Below, one piece after another: positions 13,297 through 25,863 of a stretch of DNA of 64,000 nucleotides. The notes below the pieces were generated by a model. The model made no database searches, was not told the DNA's origin, and saw only the letters and a list, made by a program, of their open reading frames with translations. The DNA comes from Eledone cirrhosa. Its lineage: Eukaryota. Positions within the stretch are counted from its first letter, which is position 1; every line of letters begins with the position of its first letter. Position numbers and translations under genes: made by a program. The stretch spans positions 86,304,001 through 86,368,000 of the forward strand of contig OZ024745.1 in NCBI GenBank assembly GCA_964016885.1, written 5' to 3'.

Positions 13297-13392
13297 AATG
13301 ATGGTAATGAAGGAGGTGTTTTTAACAAGATTATGTCATTCCCACAGATGGACTTACCCTCCTTTTCTTTTAAGTCGGATACAGATGATGAG
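13297..13392 (+). CDS. Candidate ferlin cassette exon (32 aa, phase 0-0)
   Basis: ttcttttttttaaag|AAT...GAG|gtttgt. 96 nt, open: NDGNEGGVFNKIMSFPQMDLPSFSFKSDTDDE. Internal in-frame alternative acceptor cccacag| at 13348. Confidence 0.5.
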
Positions 13393-16300
13393 GTTTGTTT
13401 CAATCATGATTCTCTATGGATATGGAACTTCTCTGCATCATACTCTTATATATGGTGGAACTTCTTTAAATGGCTTTCAAGACACAACCAAGTATCCAGT
13501 TTGCACATATATTGGTTTGGTTACATCTACAACACATATACAGTCAAGTTTTCATCTCAAGAATATCTACTTCAACAATTATTTTTCCTACTACTTTCTT
13601 CACTGCAATGAATTTCTTGTTTACCTTTCACTTTCTAAAATAAGTTAATATTGGATATCTCTGTTTCCTTTTTGCATGCTGTGAGGTCACATCTTTTTTT
13701 TTTTTTTCTTGTTCATTATAAAATATAATTACCAAGGAAATCTTTTTTAATTCCTAAGATTCTAGATATGGTTGAAAACATGTTTTTTGTAGTAAAATTC
13801 TTATAAAATTTCATTAATGCTTTTGCACACAAAAAACTGATATAAGAAAATTTAGAAAATAATCTTTTATTCATTTTCCACCTTTTGATCTGAATATCAG
13901 AATTTACTTTTTAAAAATTCAAATAAATGGTTTGGTTTTACTACATTAAACTACCTAGTTTTGGGTCAAAATATGTCACAGTTCTGTTGGCAACAGTGGG
14001 AGCATTTAAACTATTTTAATTAATAATAATAACCAAAAATATTTCAGGTATTAAGTTTTTCTTAATTGACTTGTTGATCTAAATGGCCTATATTGCATCA
14101 TATGGAACCAACATTGGCACCTGCACATGTGCACAGACTATTTGGTTCTCTGGTTCTCTGAAATATTAATTTTCCTTCCACTTCTTGAAATCATTTTTTT
14201 TTCCTTTTTATAAAGAGTGGTGTGCTCAGGCACTGAGATGCTATACAATAGCTTATAAAATTGTGTGAAGACCCTTAAAGATGGAAAAAGAAGCAGCCGG
14301 TAGCACCTTCTTTTTCTGTTTTTATGGGTTTCACCTTAATTTGTAAGCTATCTTATAGCATCTCCACACATGAGCACCACTCTTTGTATTAACTTTATCC
14401 CCTCAGCACATCATAAAAGTCTGAGAGGTCAGCTATGTATATTTTTGTTTTATTTCTATATTTTAATTTTTTTAAATTTTCCTTTCAAAATATTTGTTCT
14501 ATTTGAGACTGTTTTTTTTTCACTCCATTTCAAACTCTTTCCTTGTTGGTCGTTTGTTTTTGTTTTGTTTTGTTTCTCTATTTTTTAATGTCTTAGATTT
14601 TTAAACTGTCTAAATATTTTGTATTTAAACATTTGCATGCTTGGGTTATATGTATAATGGTGATTTGAGTTTGAATCATCACAATTTACATATATTTCTA
14701 ATTTTTTTTTAAATTGTACTCTTATAAAGCAGAACGTTGTTTAGGCAAACTCATTGTTAAATTTTAATGCAAAAAAATCTATTCTATTTTGGTTATCAGG
14801 TTTAATTTTACTTATATAGGTTGTGGATAAATTATGTGAATTATTCCCCTACCATAGAAGAATACACAGGAGAAGACGCATTGTATCATGTTAAAAATTA
14901 TTCATGAATTAGTTATTTTGTTCGTTCTTTATTTTTTTTAATTAATACTTTTCTTATTGATTTTTTTTTTTCAATAGAATCCACATAATTAATAATAGTT
15001 GCCATTTGTATTTTAGGTTTGTTTATTTGCATCTCAATTTGTCTCTAATATGACAAACCTTCATCACTGACTCTGGTTTGTTTGGTGTTGCTGATGCATT
15101 TTCAGATATACTTATTGTATATGATGATAGGACTAGGACCTTTATTATAAATTCTAAAAAAATCTTTGAAATGCAACATTCTAGAAAGCTGGATAAATCT
15201 ATACAAGTGTGAGCCATAATAGTATTGTAGTGTACATGGAAGTTTTGTGAGATTCATTAATTGGTTCAGTCTTGAGAACCAATACAACGGTGATGCTTAC
15301 AAAGAATATAGTAGATAGAATATTTCTGTTTAGAAATGTGGAAAGGATTAACCCTTTAACATTTACATTACTCTATATTTACTATTGTATTTTCACAATA
15401 AACACTTTATCACATAATTATCTCACATAATGTCAAATCTATGAAATTTTGATGTTATTTATTTTGAGAACAATACCTTAACATCAATATGAGCAGCCAT
15501 TTACTGTCAGTTTGAACAGAAAGAGGTGAGAGAATTCTGGCCGGATATGGCCGGTTTAAATGCTAAAGGATTAAGACAATCTGACACTTTCTTGAATTTA
15601 TTTATGATGTACAATTATATTGTTCTGTTTTGTTGTTTGGATTTAAAAGTTAGAATATATAGAAAATTTCCCCTTAACCTCTGTATTTGAAACTTTCAAG
15701 TGTAAGAATTTTATGGTAAGGTTGTGTGACATTCCTTTTTTTCTAAGCATTTGTAGTTTATGTAGTTATAGAGTGTTAACAGTACAAGTAATTTAGTCAT
15801 GTATTGAAACGGTCTTCTGAATTCTGTTTATTGGAAGCTATCACTATACTTAATTTCATACAATTAAATTTTTTTATAATATACTCAGAGATCTGAGAGT
15901 CACTCCAGGTAGAGCTGGTACTTCTCCGAATTGAGAATTCTGGCCAGATATAGCTGGTTTAAATGCTAAAGGGTTAAGTTGTTCTTGCCTTCATTTGGTA
16001 GTGTTAAGCATTGTTCAATATTTACCTTACTTCCATACAGTCTTGATACTATGGGCATGTGGTTAGAATGTCTCAGGAAAGATTTTACGGGGGAAAAAAG
16101 CTGGCAGGAGACCCAGAGGTAGACCTTGTAGTAAGATGGTTGGATAACATCTGTGAACTTGGCTGATTTGGTCTCGCTTGGGGATTAAGCCAGATCAGTT
16201 GGAGATGGTTGCTTCTGACATGACCAGCTGGAAGTAGTGTTTAAGGATTCTTCCCCCATGGCCCTCTCAGGAATAAGTGGGCAAAGAAGAGAAGTTGTTA

Positions 16301-17270
16301 ATATTCTTTTAAATTATTTATGATATCATAATTAAAATACTACCAGTTAAATTTATTCTAACTTGGAAAATGGATGCAAAATTGAAACAGCAATAATATA
16401 TCAGCTTTGCACTTTCTATGAAAATAAAACGAAATATTTGAAACTTCACCTAAAAATTTAGTTTTAATATTTTTCTAGACATATATTTTAGGAAATATAT
16501 TTATAGGACTATATATATATAGGACTATATATTTATAGGACTATATATATGATAAATATATTTATGATAACTACATTTATATAAAATTTATTTTATCCAA
16601 TTATTTTTTTTTCCTGGAAACATCTAGTGGAACAATTTATCATTGAATGTTTCAAAAACATTGTTCTATTTTCTATATTGAAGTTGTTTATCTTAATTTG
16701 GCAGTAAATATTTATTTTAATTTTATTTTAACCTTTTAGCATTTACATTACTCTATATTTACTATTGTATTTTTGTGGTAAAGACTTTATCTTGCATATA
16801 TCTCACATAATATCGAATCTACGAGATTTTGATGTTATTTATTTTGAGAACAATACCTTAATGTCAGTATGAGCTGCTAGTTATGGCTAGTTTGAACAGA
16901 AAGAGGTGAGAGAATTCTGGCCAGATATAGCTGGTTTAAATGCTAAAGGGTTAAGTTGTTCTTGCCTTCATTTGGTAGTGTTAAGCATTGTTCAATATTT
17001 ACCTTACTTCCATACAGTCTTGATAAATGAAAATTGTGTTTGCCACATTAAGTTATTTGGCACTGAACTATTATTCTTTTATGTAGTTGATACACCAGGT
17101 TTACTTCTCTCGGGCCTTTTTTTTTTAGTTTCTTTTCATCACATCAGCATATGTATTGCTTCCTATAGATGTGTACTATTTTTGGTCAAGCAGTCGTGTA
17201 AATACGCTTTGCTGAGGAGTTCTAATAAGACTGAAATATGTTCGCAGTTGTCATCTTATCTGCTAAAGAT

Positions 17271-17367
17271 CAGACTAGCCTCCCCCTTGACTAGCCTCCC
17301 CTCAGACTAGCCTCCCCTCAGACTAACCTCTCCTCAGACTAGCCTCTCCTCAGACTAGCCTCCCCTC
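17271..17367. repeat. 16-bp tandem repeat, about 6 copies
   Basis: (cagactagcctcccct)n. Confidence 0.85.
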
Positions 17368-19333
17368 ATTGCGTTACTATGATATTTCCAAATGTTATTA
17401 ATTGGGACTCAAGTGTTTCAACTAATTTCAAACAATATTGTTGCCCTTGCCTTTGTTTTTGTTAAACATTGTTCAACAATGTTTACTTTCCCTTGAAATG
17501 AATACAGTATTGATTAATTATAATTATAATACTTGCCAAATTAAATTAGACAACATCTACTTAATCATTTAACAATAGTTTTGTTATATTATGTTGTATT
17601 TTCATTTTAATTTAACCTTTTCATATGTATGTTCTCTCTAACATATATTTTAAGCAAAAATATTTGATTTTGATTATCTAATAATTAAAATAATTGAAAT
17701 ATATTTTTATTTTTATTTTCTACAATTTTGATTATTAAGTCTTAGTAATGTTAAAGGTAATTTAGTCAAATAATCTGAAAGAATTTGATAAGTCTTTTAG
17801 TAATGTTAAAGCTATTGGGGCAGAGTTGGCCCCCTACATGTGGAGTGGCTGTTTCAGTGCTTCTCCGTCACCATCCTCCAGCGCAGTGTATTCTCCATCC
17901 AGTTGGCAGGGACCCATAGGCTGAGGGTTAGTTAGTTGGTAGTGGAGGATACTCATTCAAACATCATTTCTACAACGTAAGTGTAGTTTCTCAAGTGTCA
18001 TTAATTTACTGCCGCTGTAGAAAGATGGCACCTCAAGTTTTAATCATCTTCTGAAAGCTTTGAAAATATTCCAATTTAGTCAAATAATCTCAAAGAATTT
18101 GATGAAAGTCTTTTCATAATGTTCTAGCTAATTCAATATTTAGCTAATCTAAAAGAAGTTGACATACACAGGTTTCTTCAAATCCAGATATTATAGGATA
18201 GGAAATAATTTTCAACAACCCCAAACATTTAGAGCTCAACTACAGTAACTCTCAGCCTATTTCAGCATTTGTTGTTGTTATAGGTGGCCTTGTCTGCATT
18301 TGCATGCTGGGAAATTTATCAACTCCCTGGCAGAATTCAAAGACAGTTAAAGTTTTTCAATTTCTTTGATTGCCAGTCTACTAGCATGCAATGTAGCGAA
18401 ATCTGAATTGATATACTTTGCATTTTTATCTTCTTGCTACACCTGTAGATCTATTAGGTCTCTGTGGTCAGTTGACACTTGACAATCTCCTAATAGTCTG
18501 CCAGCATAATTTTCAGTAGAATTATCAATCATTATTATTTTCTCTGAGTTCAAATCCCGCCGAGGTTAACTTTGCCTTTCATCCTTACGGGGTCGATAAA
18601 CTAAAGTACCAGTAATACACTGGGATAATTGCTGGCCTTGTGCCTAAAGTAGAAACAATTATTATTTTCTGAGGTTTACTTTGCCCTTCATCCCTACGGG
18701 GGTTGATAAAATAAAGTACCAGTAATGTACTAGAGTAATTGCTGGCCTTGAGCTAAAAGTAGAAACAACTATTAATTTCTGAATATTCATTTTAAAGTAA
18801 GTTTCATATGTATAAACGTATACAGTAGTTTGGTTTTACAAAGCATAAAAAGTAAAAAAAAGTCTCATAATCTTTGAGTTTACTTCAAAGTTTTTTAAGG
18901 ACTATAGTTCTGAGATTTTCTCATTTTTTATATGATAACTTTTAGCTTCAAGACTGTAATTTTAAAATATTTTCAGAAATGAGGGGAAAGTGCTCCAATG
19001 TAGCCAAAACAATGATGTTTTAAACTTTATAGAGAACTAACTTAAATTTTAAACGGAAAAAATGAAATGAAATTTCATTTCTCACTCTTAGTACGGCTGT
19101 TACTTAAATATAATTATGTATACGTACATACATATATGTATACAGACGTACAGTAGTATACATATATATATATATATATATATAAATACATACATGCACA
19201 CATATATATATGTACGTATGGATTCACCGAACATTTATTATAATGCTCGGTGTGTTTGTAAACAAACATCCCGAATTAAGCCGTACAGTGTCTAGCAACC
19301 ATCGTTGCTCATTTGTTCAACACTGACAAAGGA

Positions 19334-19376
19334 ACGCTGAACTAGTTTCAAGCTTATTAGCTATCGTCAGCAACGT
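19334..19376 (-). ncRNA. Minimal type I hammerhead ribozyme motif
   Basis: Minus strand: acgttg-CTGACGA-t-agc-taataa-gct-t-GAAAC-TA-GTT^cagcgt. 6-bp stem I with one G.U, palindromic ACTAGT stem III, U.U at the base of stem II. Confidence 0.65.
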
Positions 19377-19625
19377 ATACCTTCCTGCCAGATGGTTGAA
19401 CGTCTGAAAGTATATACTTTCCTTATGCATATTAACGGCTGAGCAGCCTAATTTGCATATCGAGTGAGTTAATCGGCCGGGGTACCAAAAACGATAAACG
19501 GAAAAAATGAAACGAAATTTCATTTCTCACTCTTAGTACGGCTGTTACTTAAATATAAGTATGTATACATACATACATATATGTATACAGACGTACAGTA
19601 GTATGCATATATATATATATATATA

Positions 19626-22600
19626 AAAAAAGGCCGCTCTAACGAGGTTGTAGAAATGCTTGAGCGTAAGGAGGTTGATGTTTGCTGTATCCAAGAGACC
19701 AGGTGGAGGGGCGGGTCTGCTAGATTCATTGTGGGTAAAAAAACGATGCTATAAGCTTTTCTGGGTGGGGTAGGAATCATGTTAGCAGAAAAATGGGTGG
19801 ATAAGATAATAGACGTAAATAGAGTGAATGACAGAATAATTAAAATAAGACTTGTTCTAAATAGAACTACTGTGACGGTAATATCTGAGTACACGCCCCA
19901 ATCCGGACTGCCTGGCGCTATAAAAGACAGTTTCTATGAGACACTGATGCTCACTACCTCCCAAATAACCGACAGTGACTATATAATTATTGCTGGCGAC
20001 CTAAATGGTCACGTTGGACAACATTGTGATGGCTATGATGGAATCCACGGAGGCTATGGGTTTGGTACTAGAAACGAGGAAGGCTCCAGAATCCTGGAAT
20101 TCTGTGACACAAATAATCTAACTATCTGTAACACTAACTTCAAAAAACGAGACAATCACTTGATCACCTACAGATCAGGGGAACATACCAGCCAGGTAGA
20201 TTATATCCTTACCAGAAGACGTGACAGAGTGTCTGTTGTAAACACTAAATCCCTCCCCCATGAAGAATGCACCTCCCAACATAGACTGATAATTAGCGAC
20301 CTCATAGTCAGGACGAGACGTACTCGACAGCAGAAGAGAACTATCCTCAGGAGAAAAATATGGAAGCTAAAGGACCCCACAGCCAGAAATAAATTTAAAA
20401 GCATATTACTCGATGCTTTAGAGTCGTACAATATAGAGGAACAGTGGGAATTCCTGAAAGCAAACCTGCTGATGGCGGCAGACGAAGTCTGTGGCTGGAG
20501 CAGGCCTATAGGCAGGAGGAGAGTAACATGGTGGTGGAACAGTAAGGTGGAGGAGTCAATTAAGGCCAAAAAGCAGGCTTGGAAAGTATGGCGGGATGGG
20601 GGAAGTAGAGAAGACTATCAAGTGGCCAGGAGGGAAGCTAGGAGACAAGTGTACTTCGCAAGAAGGGAAGCAGAGGAAAGAAAGTTCAAGCATGTTCTAC
20701 AACGCGAGGACCAAAAACGTGAGGTGTTCAGGATTGCTAGGCAATGTGTCAAGGAAAACTGTGATTTTGTCGGGGAGAAGTGTGTACTTAATGATGATGG
20801 TGTACTTGCCATCACTGACGCTGATAAGAAGGTAGCTTGGAAGTGTCACTACGAAAGGCTACTAAATGAGGAGAATAAATGGGAGAAAGACAGTCTCCCC
20901 CACATTGACCCAATAGAGGGACCAACAGTGTTAGTCGAAGGTAGTATAATAAGTAAGGCAATCAAAGATATGAAGACGGGTAAGGCGGCTGGGCCTTCGG
21001 AAATAGTTGCTGAGATGCTGAAAGCCTCTGGAACGGTGGGACACACCATGGTCACCCGGATAGTAAACCAAGTCATACAGAATGGGGTTGTTCCGAAGGA
21101 CTGGCATAGCAGCATCATCATTAACTGTTACAAGGGTAAAGGAGATGCCCGAGATAGGAGTAACTATAGAGGCATTAAATTAATCGACCAGGTCATGAAG
21201 GTCACGGAAAAAGTAATAGCGCAACTAATCAGAGAGAGAATTGATCTAGATGAAATGTAGTTCAGGTTTGTGTCAGGAAAAAGTACCACAGACGCTCTTT
21301 TCATTGTACAACAACTACAGGAGAAGTACCTAGCTAAAAGTAAACCCCCTATACTTAGCTTTTGTCGACTTGGAGAAAGCCTTCGACAGAGTCCCCCATT
21401 CCATTATCTGGTGGGCTCTTAGAAAACTAGGTGTTGATGAATGGCTTGTGAGAGCTATACAAGCCATGTATAAAGAAACAGTCAGCAAGGTTAGAATTAA
21501 CAACGAATATAGTGAAGAGTTTAGAGTAAAAGTTGGTGTTCATCAGGGCTCCGTTCTTAGCCCCCTACTATTTATTATTACCCTTCAGGCTATAACAGTG
21601 GAGTTCAAGACAGGCTGCCCATGGGAACTCCTATACGCAGATGATCTAATGCTCATAGCTGAATCAATGGCCGAACTAGAGAAGAAATTCCAGACATGGA
21701 AGCACGGCCTAGAATCAAAAGGCCTTAAAATTAACCTGGCTAAGACTAAAGTTCTAGTTTGTAGGAAGGAAAATAGGGCGCCGGTCCCATCCGGAAAATG
21801 GCCATGCTCAGTGTGTAGGAAAGGCATAGGTAGAAACTCCATTTTATGTCCCAAATGCAAAGTATGGGTGCATAAAAGATGTAGTGGGATCACAGGTAAG
21901 CTAACTAAGAACATAGATTTTATATGTGGCCGGTGCTCTGGTGCAATAAGTAGCAGCAAGTGCCCACAAAATACTAGCTCTTTCAATTGCACAGAGGGTT
22001 CTATAGAAATAGTGGACAGCTTCCGTTACCTGGGTGACAAAATCAGCAGTGGGGGAGGGTGCTCTGAAAGTACAGTAGCTAGAGTCAGAACTGGATGGAA
22101 AAGGTTCAGAGAGCTTATACCTCTATTAGCCGCTAAAGGGTTCTCCCTAAAAATGAAAGGCAGGCTGTATGATGCCTGCATACGAACAGCAATGTTGCAT
22201 GGCAGTGAGACCTGGGCATTGTGTGCAGAGGATATACGCAGACTAGAGAGGAACGAAGCTTGCATGCTCCACTGGATGTGTAATAGTAATATACATGAAT
22301 GGCAAAGCATTAACGAACTAAGGGAAAAGTTAGAAATAAGAGGGATCAGATGTTGTTTACTCGAGAGAAGGCTACGTTTGTATGGTCACGTGATGCGCAT
22401 GAAAGACGACAGCTGTATAAAAAAAAGTGCAGGGCAATAAAAATAGACAGTAGGCAGACCCAGAAAAACCTGGGACGACTTGATAAATTCCGACCTCACA
22501 CACTTACACCTCTGCAAGACAATGTCACTGGACCGAGATCTTTGGCGGTACTCAGTTATAGAGAAGACCCGCCTTACCTAAATACAAAGTAAAACCTACT

Positions 22601-22962
22601 ACAGTCAGTAGGCACCTCTAACAAAATACACACCCGTCCTACTACCCCCACCCCCATCCACACTGCCCCTTTCAATCTAAAGTTATGTTGGTACCACAAC
22701 ATCCAGGCCGAAACAAATGGTCGTGTAGGTGTCACGACCAAAAAACACACAGTCCACGCTGTAATGTGGCCATGTAGGTAACACGGTAAAAACCTCCCAG
22801 TTCCACACTGTAAATGTGGTTGGTGTTAGGAAGGGCATCCAGCCGTAGAAAACCCGCCAGACAGTCCTATGCGAGCAAGACAACCACTCTTGCCTCAAGT
22901 GGGAAAACTCCCGTCCAAACCCATGCAAGCGTGGAATACGGACGTTAAACGATGACGATGAT
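19626..22962 (+). mobile_element. Near full-length RTE LINE, subfamily B (APE-RT-PHD), disrupted
   Basis: ORFs 19779-21260 and 21370-22440, stop at 21258 plus frameshifts, YADD, (gat)n tail. Inserted in a TA tract. Confidence 0.95.
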
Positions 22963-23517
22963 ATATATATACATATATACATACATGCACACACATATAT
23001 ATATATATGTACGTATGGATTCACCGAACATTTATTATAATGCTCAGTGTGTTTGTAAACAAACATCCCGAATTAAGCCGTACAGTGTCTAGCAACCATC
23101 GTTGCTCATTTGTTCAACACTGACAAAGGAACGCTTAGACACTGTACGGCTTAATTCGGGATGTTTGTTTACAAACACACCGAGCATTATAATAAATGTT
23201 CGGTGAATCCATACATACATATATGTATGTGTATATATATATATATATATATGCATACTACTGTATGTCTATATACATATATGTATGTACGTATACATAC
23301 TTATATTTAACTTAAATTTTATTTTTGTTAAAAGGATGTTTCTTTTTTTTAATCATTTTATTTCTATTTCATGTATTTAATACTTTTCTGTATTTATGTT
23401 TAATATTTTCATAATAATATAACCTTGCTATATTGCTGAAGAATTGAAAAGCTTTCAATTTGAAAATGGCTGCTAATAATACTACATTGTACTTTCATTT
23501 TATGTCCCTATTGGCAG

Positions 23518-23628
23518 AAGGCAGATTTATTTGATCTTGAAATTGACTGGTGGTCTAAGTATTATGCTTCTACTGGAGACAGTTCAAAATGTAAGAAATA
23601 CATGGAAAAAGGATACGACAAACTTGTT
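23518..23628 (+). CDS. MYOF: Ferlin exon (DWWSKYYAS motif)
   Basis: ggcag|AAG (NAGNAG) ... GTT|gtaagt. KADLFDLEIDWWSKYYASTGDSSKCKKYMEKGYDKLV matches the ferlin DWWSKFYAS...KGY.KL motif. Phase 0-0. Confidence 0.95.
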
Positions 23629-25557
23629 GTAAGTAATGTTTACATAACCTTTCACAAGATTCTCAAACTACATCACAAGATGGTCTTCAGTTCATAAAAT
23701 ATAGCTTTTGGTAAACATATTTTTGAATTATGTTTTATTAGATATTATTTTAACTGAAATTGAATTTAAAAATGTTCATTACACTAATATATATCTCAAC
23801 TGTTTTCAAAGAAAAGTTAATATATAGTTGGTAGCCATATTAAATCGATTCCAAATGTTTTAAGCACTTTATTTAATTTTATTTTTATCCATTTGTTTTT
23901 TCTTTTTTCTTTTACATTCCTAGACATTGATTTTATAGTCTTTCTGGTATTACAATTAATATTTGTGACATCAAATATTCATTTTATAGCCAGAATTTTA
24001 TCTTGTAGTTAGTCATTTGTTTACAATCTAAAGTAAAGTCTAAAGTCTGTCGCGAGCCAGGATGCTTGTCAAGCCAGTGCTTATCCCAGTTTTGTGATGT
24101 TAAATGATTGAGAGTTCAAGATTCACCCCTTGAACAAGACACTAGTCCACCTCAGGGTTAAACCCCCAGCTATTGCTGGTACTCATTTTCACTTGAGTAT
24201 ACTGGAGCAACATGAAATGAAGTGTTTTGCTCAAGAACACAACACACAACCCAATGCAGGAATTGAACCCACAATATTATGATCGTAAGTCCACCATCCT
24301 TACCACTAGGCCATGTGCTGCCACATTTGTTTACAATAGGAAGTAAAAAAAAGTAAGGATTTTCAGTTTTGAAACCAAATTGTTTGTCAGGTCCTTTATG
24401 GTACTTTGATAATCCCAAATGACTCTCTACTTGCTCCACTTAATAAGCAAAACAAAAGTTTCCATTTCGATCATATATTTTATAACTTTATTAATCATTC
24501 TTATATAATTTCCCTGGCAAAATAAAAAAATGAATTCATTAAAATAGAGAGTGTAGAAACTATAATGCTTTGGTGGTAATGTTGGAGGAATTACTAAGGT
24601 TTTGCAAGAAGAACATTTAAGGAAATGGAGTTTACTTTTGTGATTGTTAAAAGTGATTTTTTTTGCATTGACATAAAGCCTCTTTTATTAAAAAAAAAAT
24701 TATATAGTTAAATGACCCTTTCCCTCCTCAGTACATTACTGATATGTGTTTTATCAAGCTTAGATATATGGAAGGCAAATAATGTTGAAAAGTAAAACTG
24801 AATAATGCATAACTGAAAAGTTTTTTTTTTATTATTCACAGTTGTATAAATAACATTACAAATATTCACAAAGTTGCCTTAAAAAACTATTGATGTTTAC
24901 ATAAATATGAAAAAAAAAAGATAAAAGCAAAATTAAGTAATGAGAAAATGGGGAAGGGTAAAGAAGGTCTGGCTCTATAGGAAAGTAGAGGGAAGGACTA
25001 TAAAAACCATAAATGAGAGGGGGGAAACACGGATTCTTGAGTCACAGAAGAAAAGGAGGGGGCAGGGAAGAAGGTGATGGACTCTGGGCCTAGGGTACAG
25101 TGGTGTTGGGGCTGCACCCCATTGACAATGGAAAGCATTCAGTCTTATATTCTACCATTTCTGACATTTCCTTCTCTTTGTTATTTTGGTGGATTGGCAG
25201 TATAGGTAGAGGGGTCGGATGCCATGCTTTGCAGCATAGTTACGCCCCTTTACAGTCTGTTCAAATCCCGCCGAGGTTAACTTTGCCTTTCATCCTTACG
25301 GGGTCGATAAAATAAAGTACCAGTAATGCACTGGGATAATTGCTGGCCTTGTGCCAAAAAGTAGAAACAATTATTTTATTAACGGCACAGCTAGAAAGTT
25401 GTCTATTGTAAAATACTATAACTAAGTTAGTGGTTATCTCTCATAAAAACTTAAAAACTGTTAGTTGATACCCATGTTACTTTTTACTCCTGGTATTACC
25501 ACTAGATAATCAATAATTTATATAATTTCCTTTTTTTTTTTTTCTTTTTTTTTGTAG

Positions 25558-25683
25558 CTTTATGAGCATGAACTTGAAGAAAGTGAAAACTATGCACATT
25601 TCACAGACTTCTGCCATACATTCACAATGCTTCGTGGAAAAGATACCGAGGATGCTGAATCCAATACTATTGGTGAACTGAAG
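25558..25683 (+). CDS. MYOF: Ferlin exon
   Basis: polyT-tag|CTT...AAG|gtaatt. LYEHELEESENYAHFTDFCHTFTMLRGKDTEDAESNTIGELK matches the ferlin Y..ELE...TDF..TF...RGK...GEFK pattern. Phase 0-0. Confidence 0.95.
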
Positions 25684-25863
25684 GTAATTATTAATGATGT
25701 TGGTAGTTAATTCAGTTGATATAAAAGTAATAATACAGTAATTAACCCTTTGATGACCACATTTCTAATGGAATAAACACTATTTTAATTAAGAATTTTG
25801 AGGGATTTAAGATTATTATTTCATTGCTAAGATAGTAACTTAATGTAAGGTTCTTATATAAAA

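Larger units (their letters stand above)
19052..23307 (-). mobile_element. Non-coding hammerhead-bearing element (retrozyme or Penelope-parasite type) with nested RTE
   Basis: About 445-bp unit in partial tandem (19052-19160 = 19497-19605; 19212-19338 = 23009-23135). Terminal inversion 23136-23307. 14-bp flanking duplication taacttaaatttta at 19038-19051 and 23308-23321. Confidence 0.75.

Noticed and set aside
14216-14330. Strong polypyrimidine tract plus AG suggesting another exon
   Set aside because: All three frames hit stops within about 65 nt. At most a poison or terminal exon, which is unsupported without RNA data.
15017-15070. Possible acceptor ttttag|GTT with a short open frame
   Set aside because: It stops after 17 codons, has no convincing donor and shows no homology.
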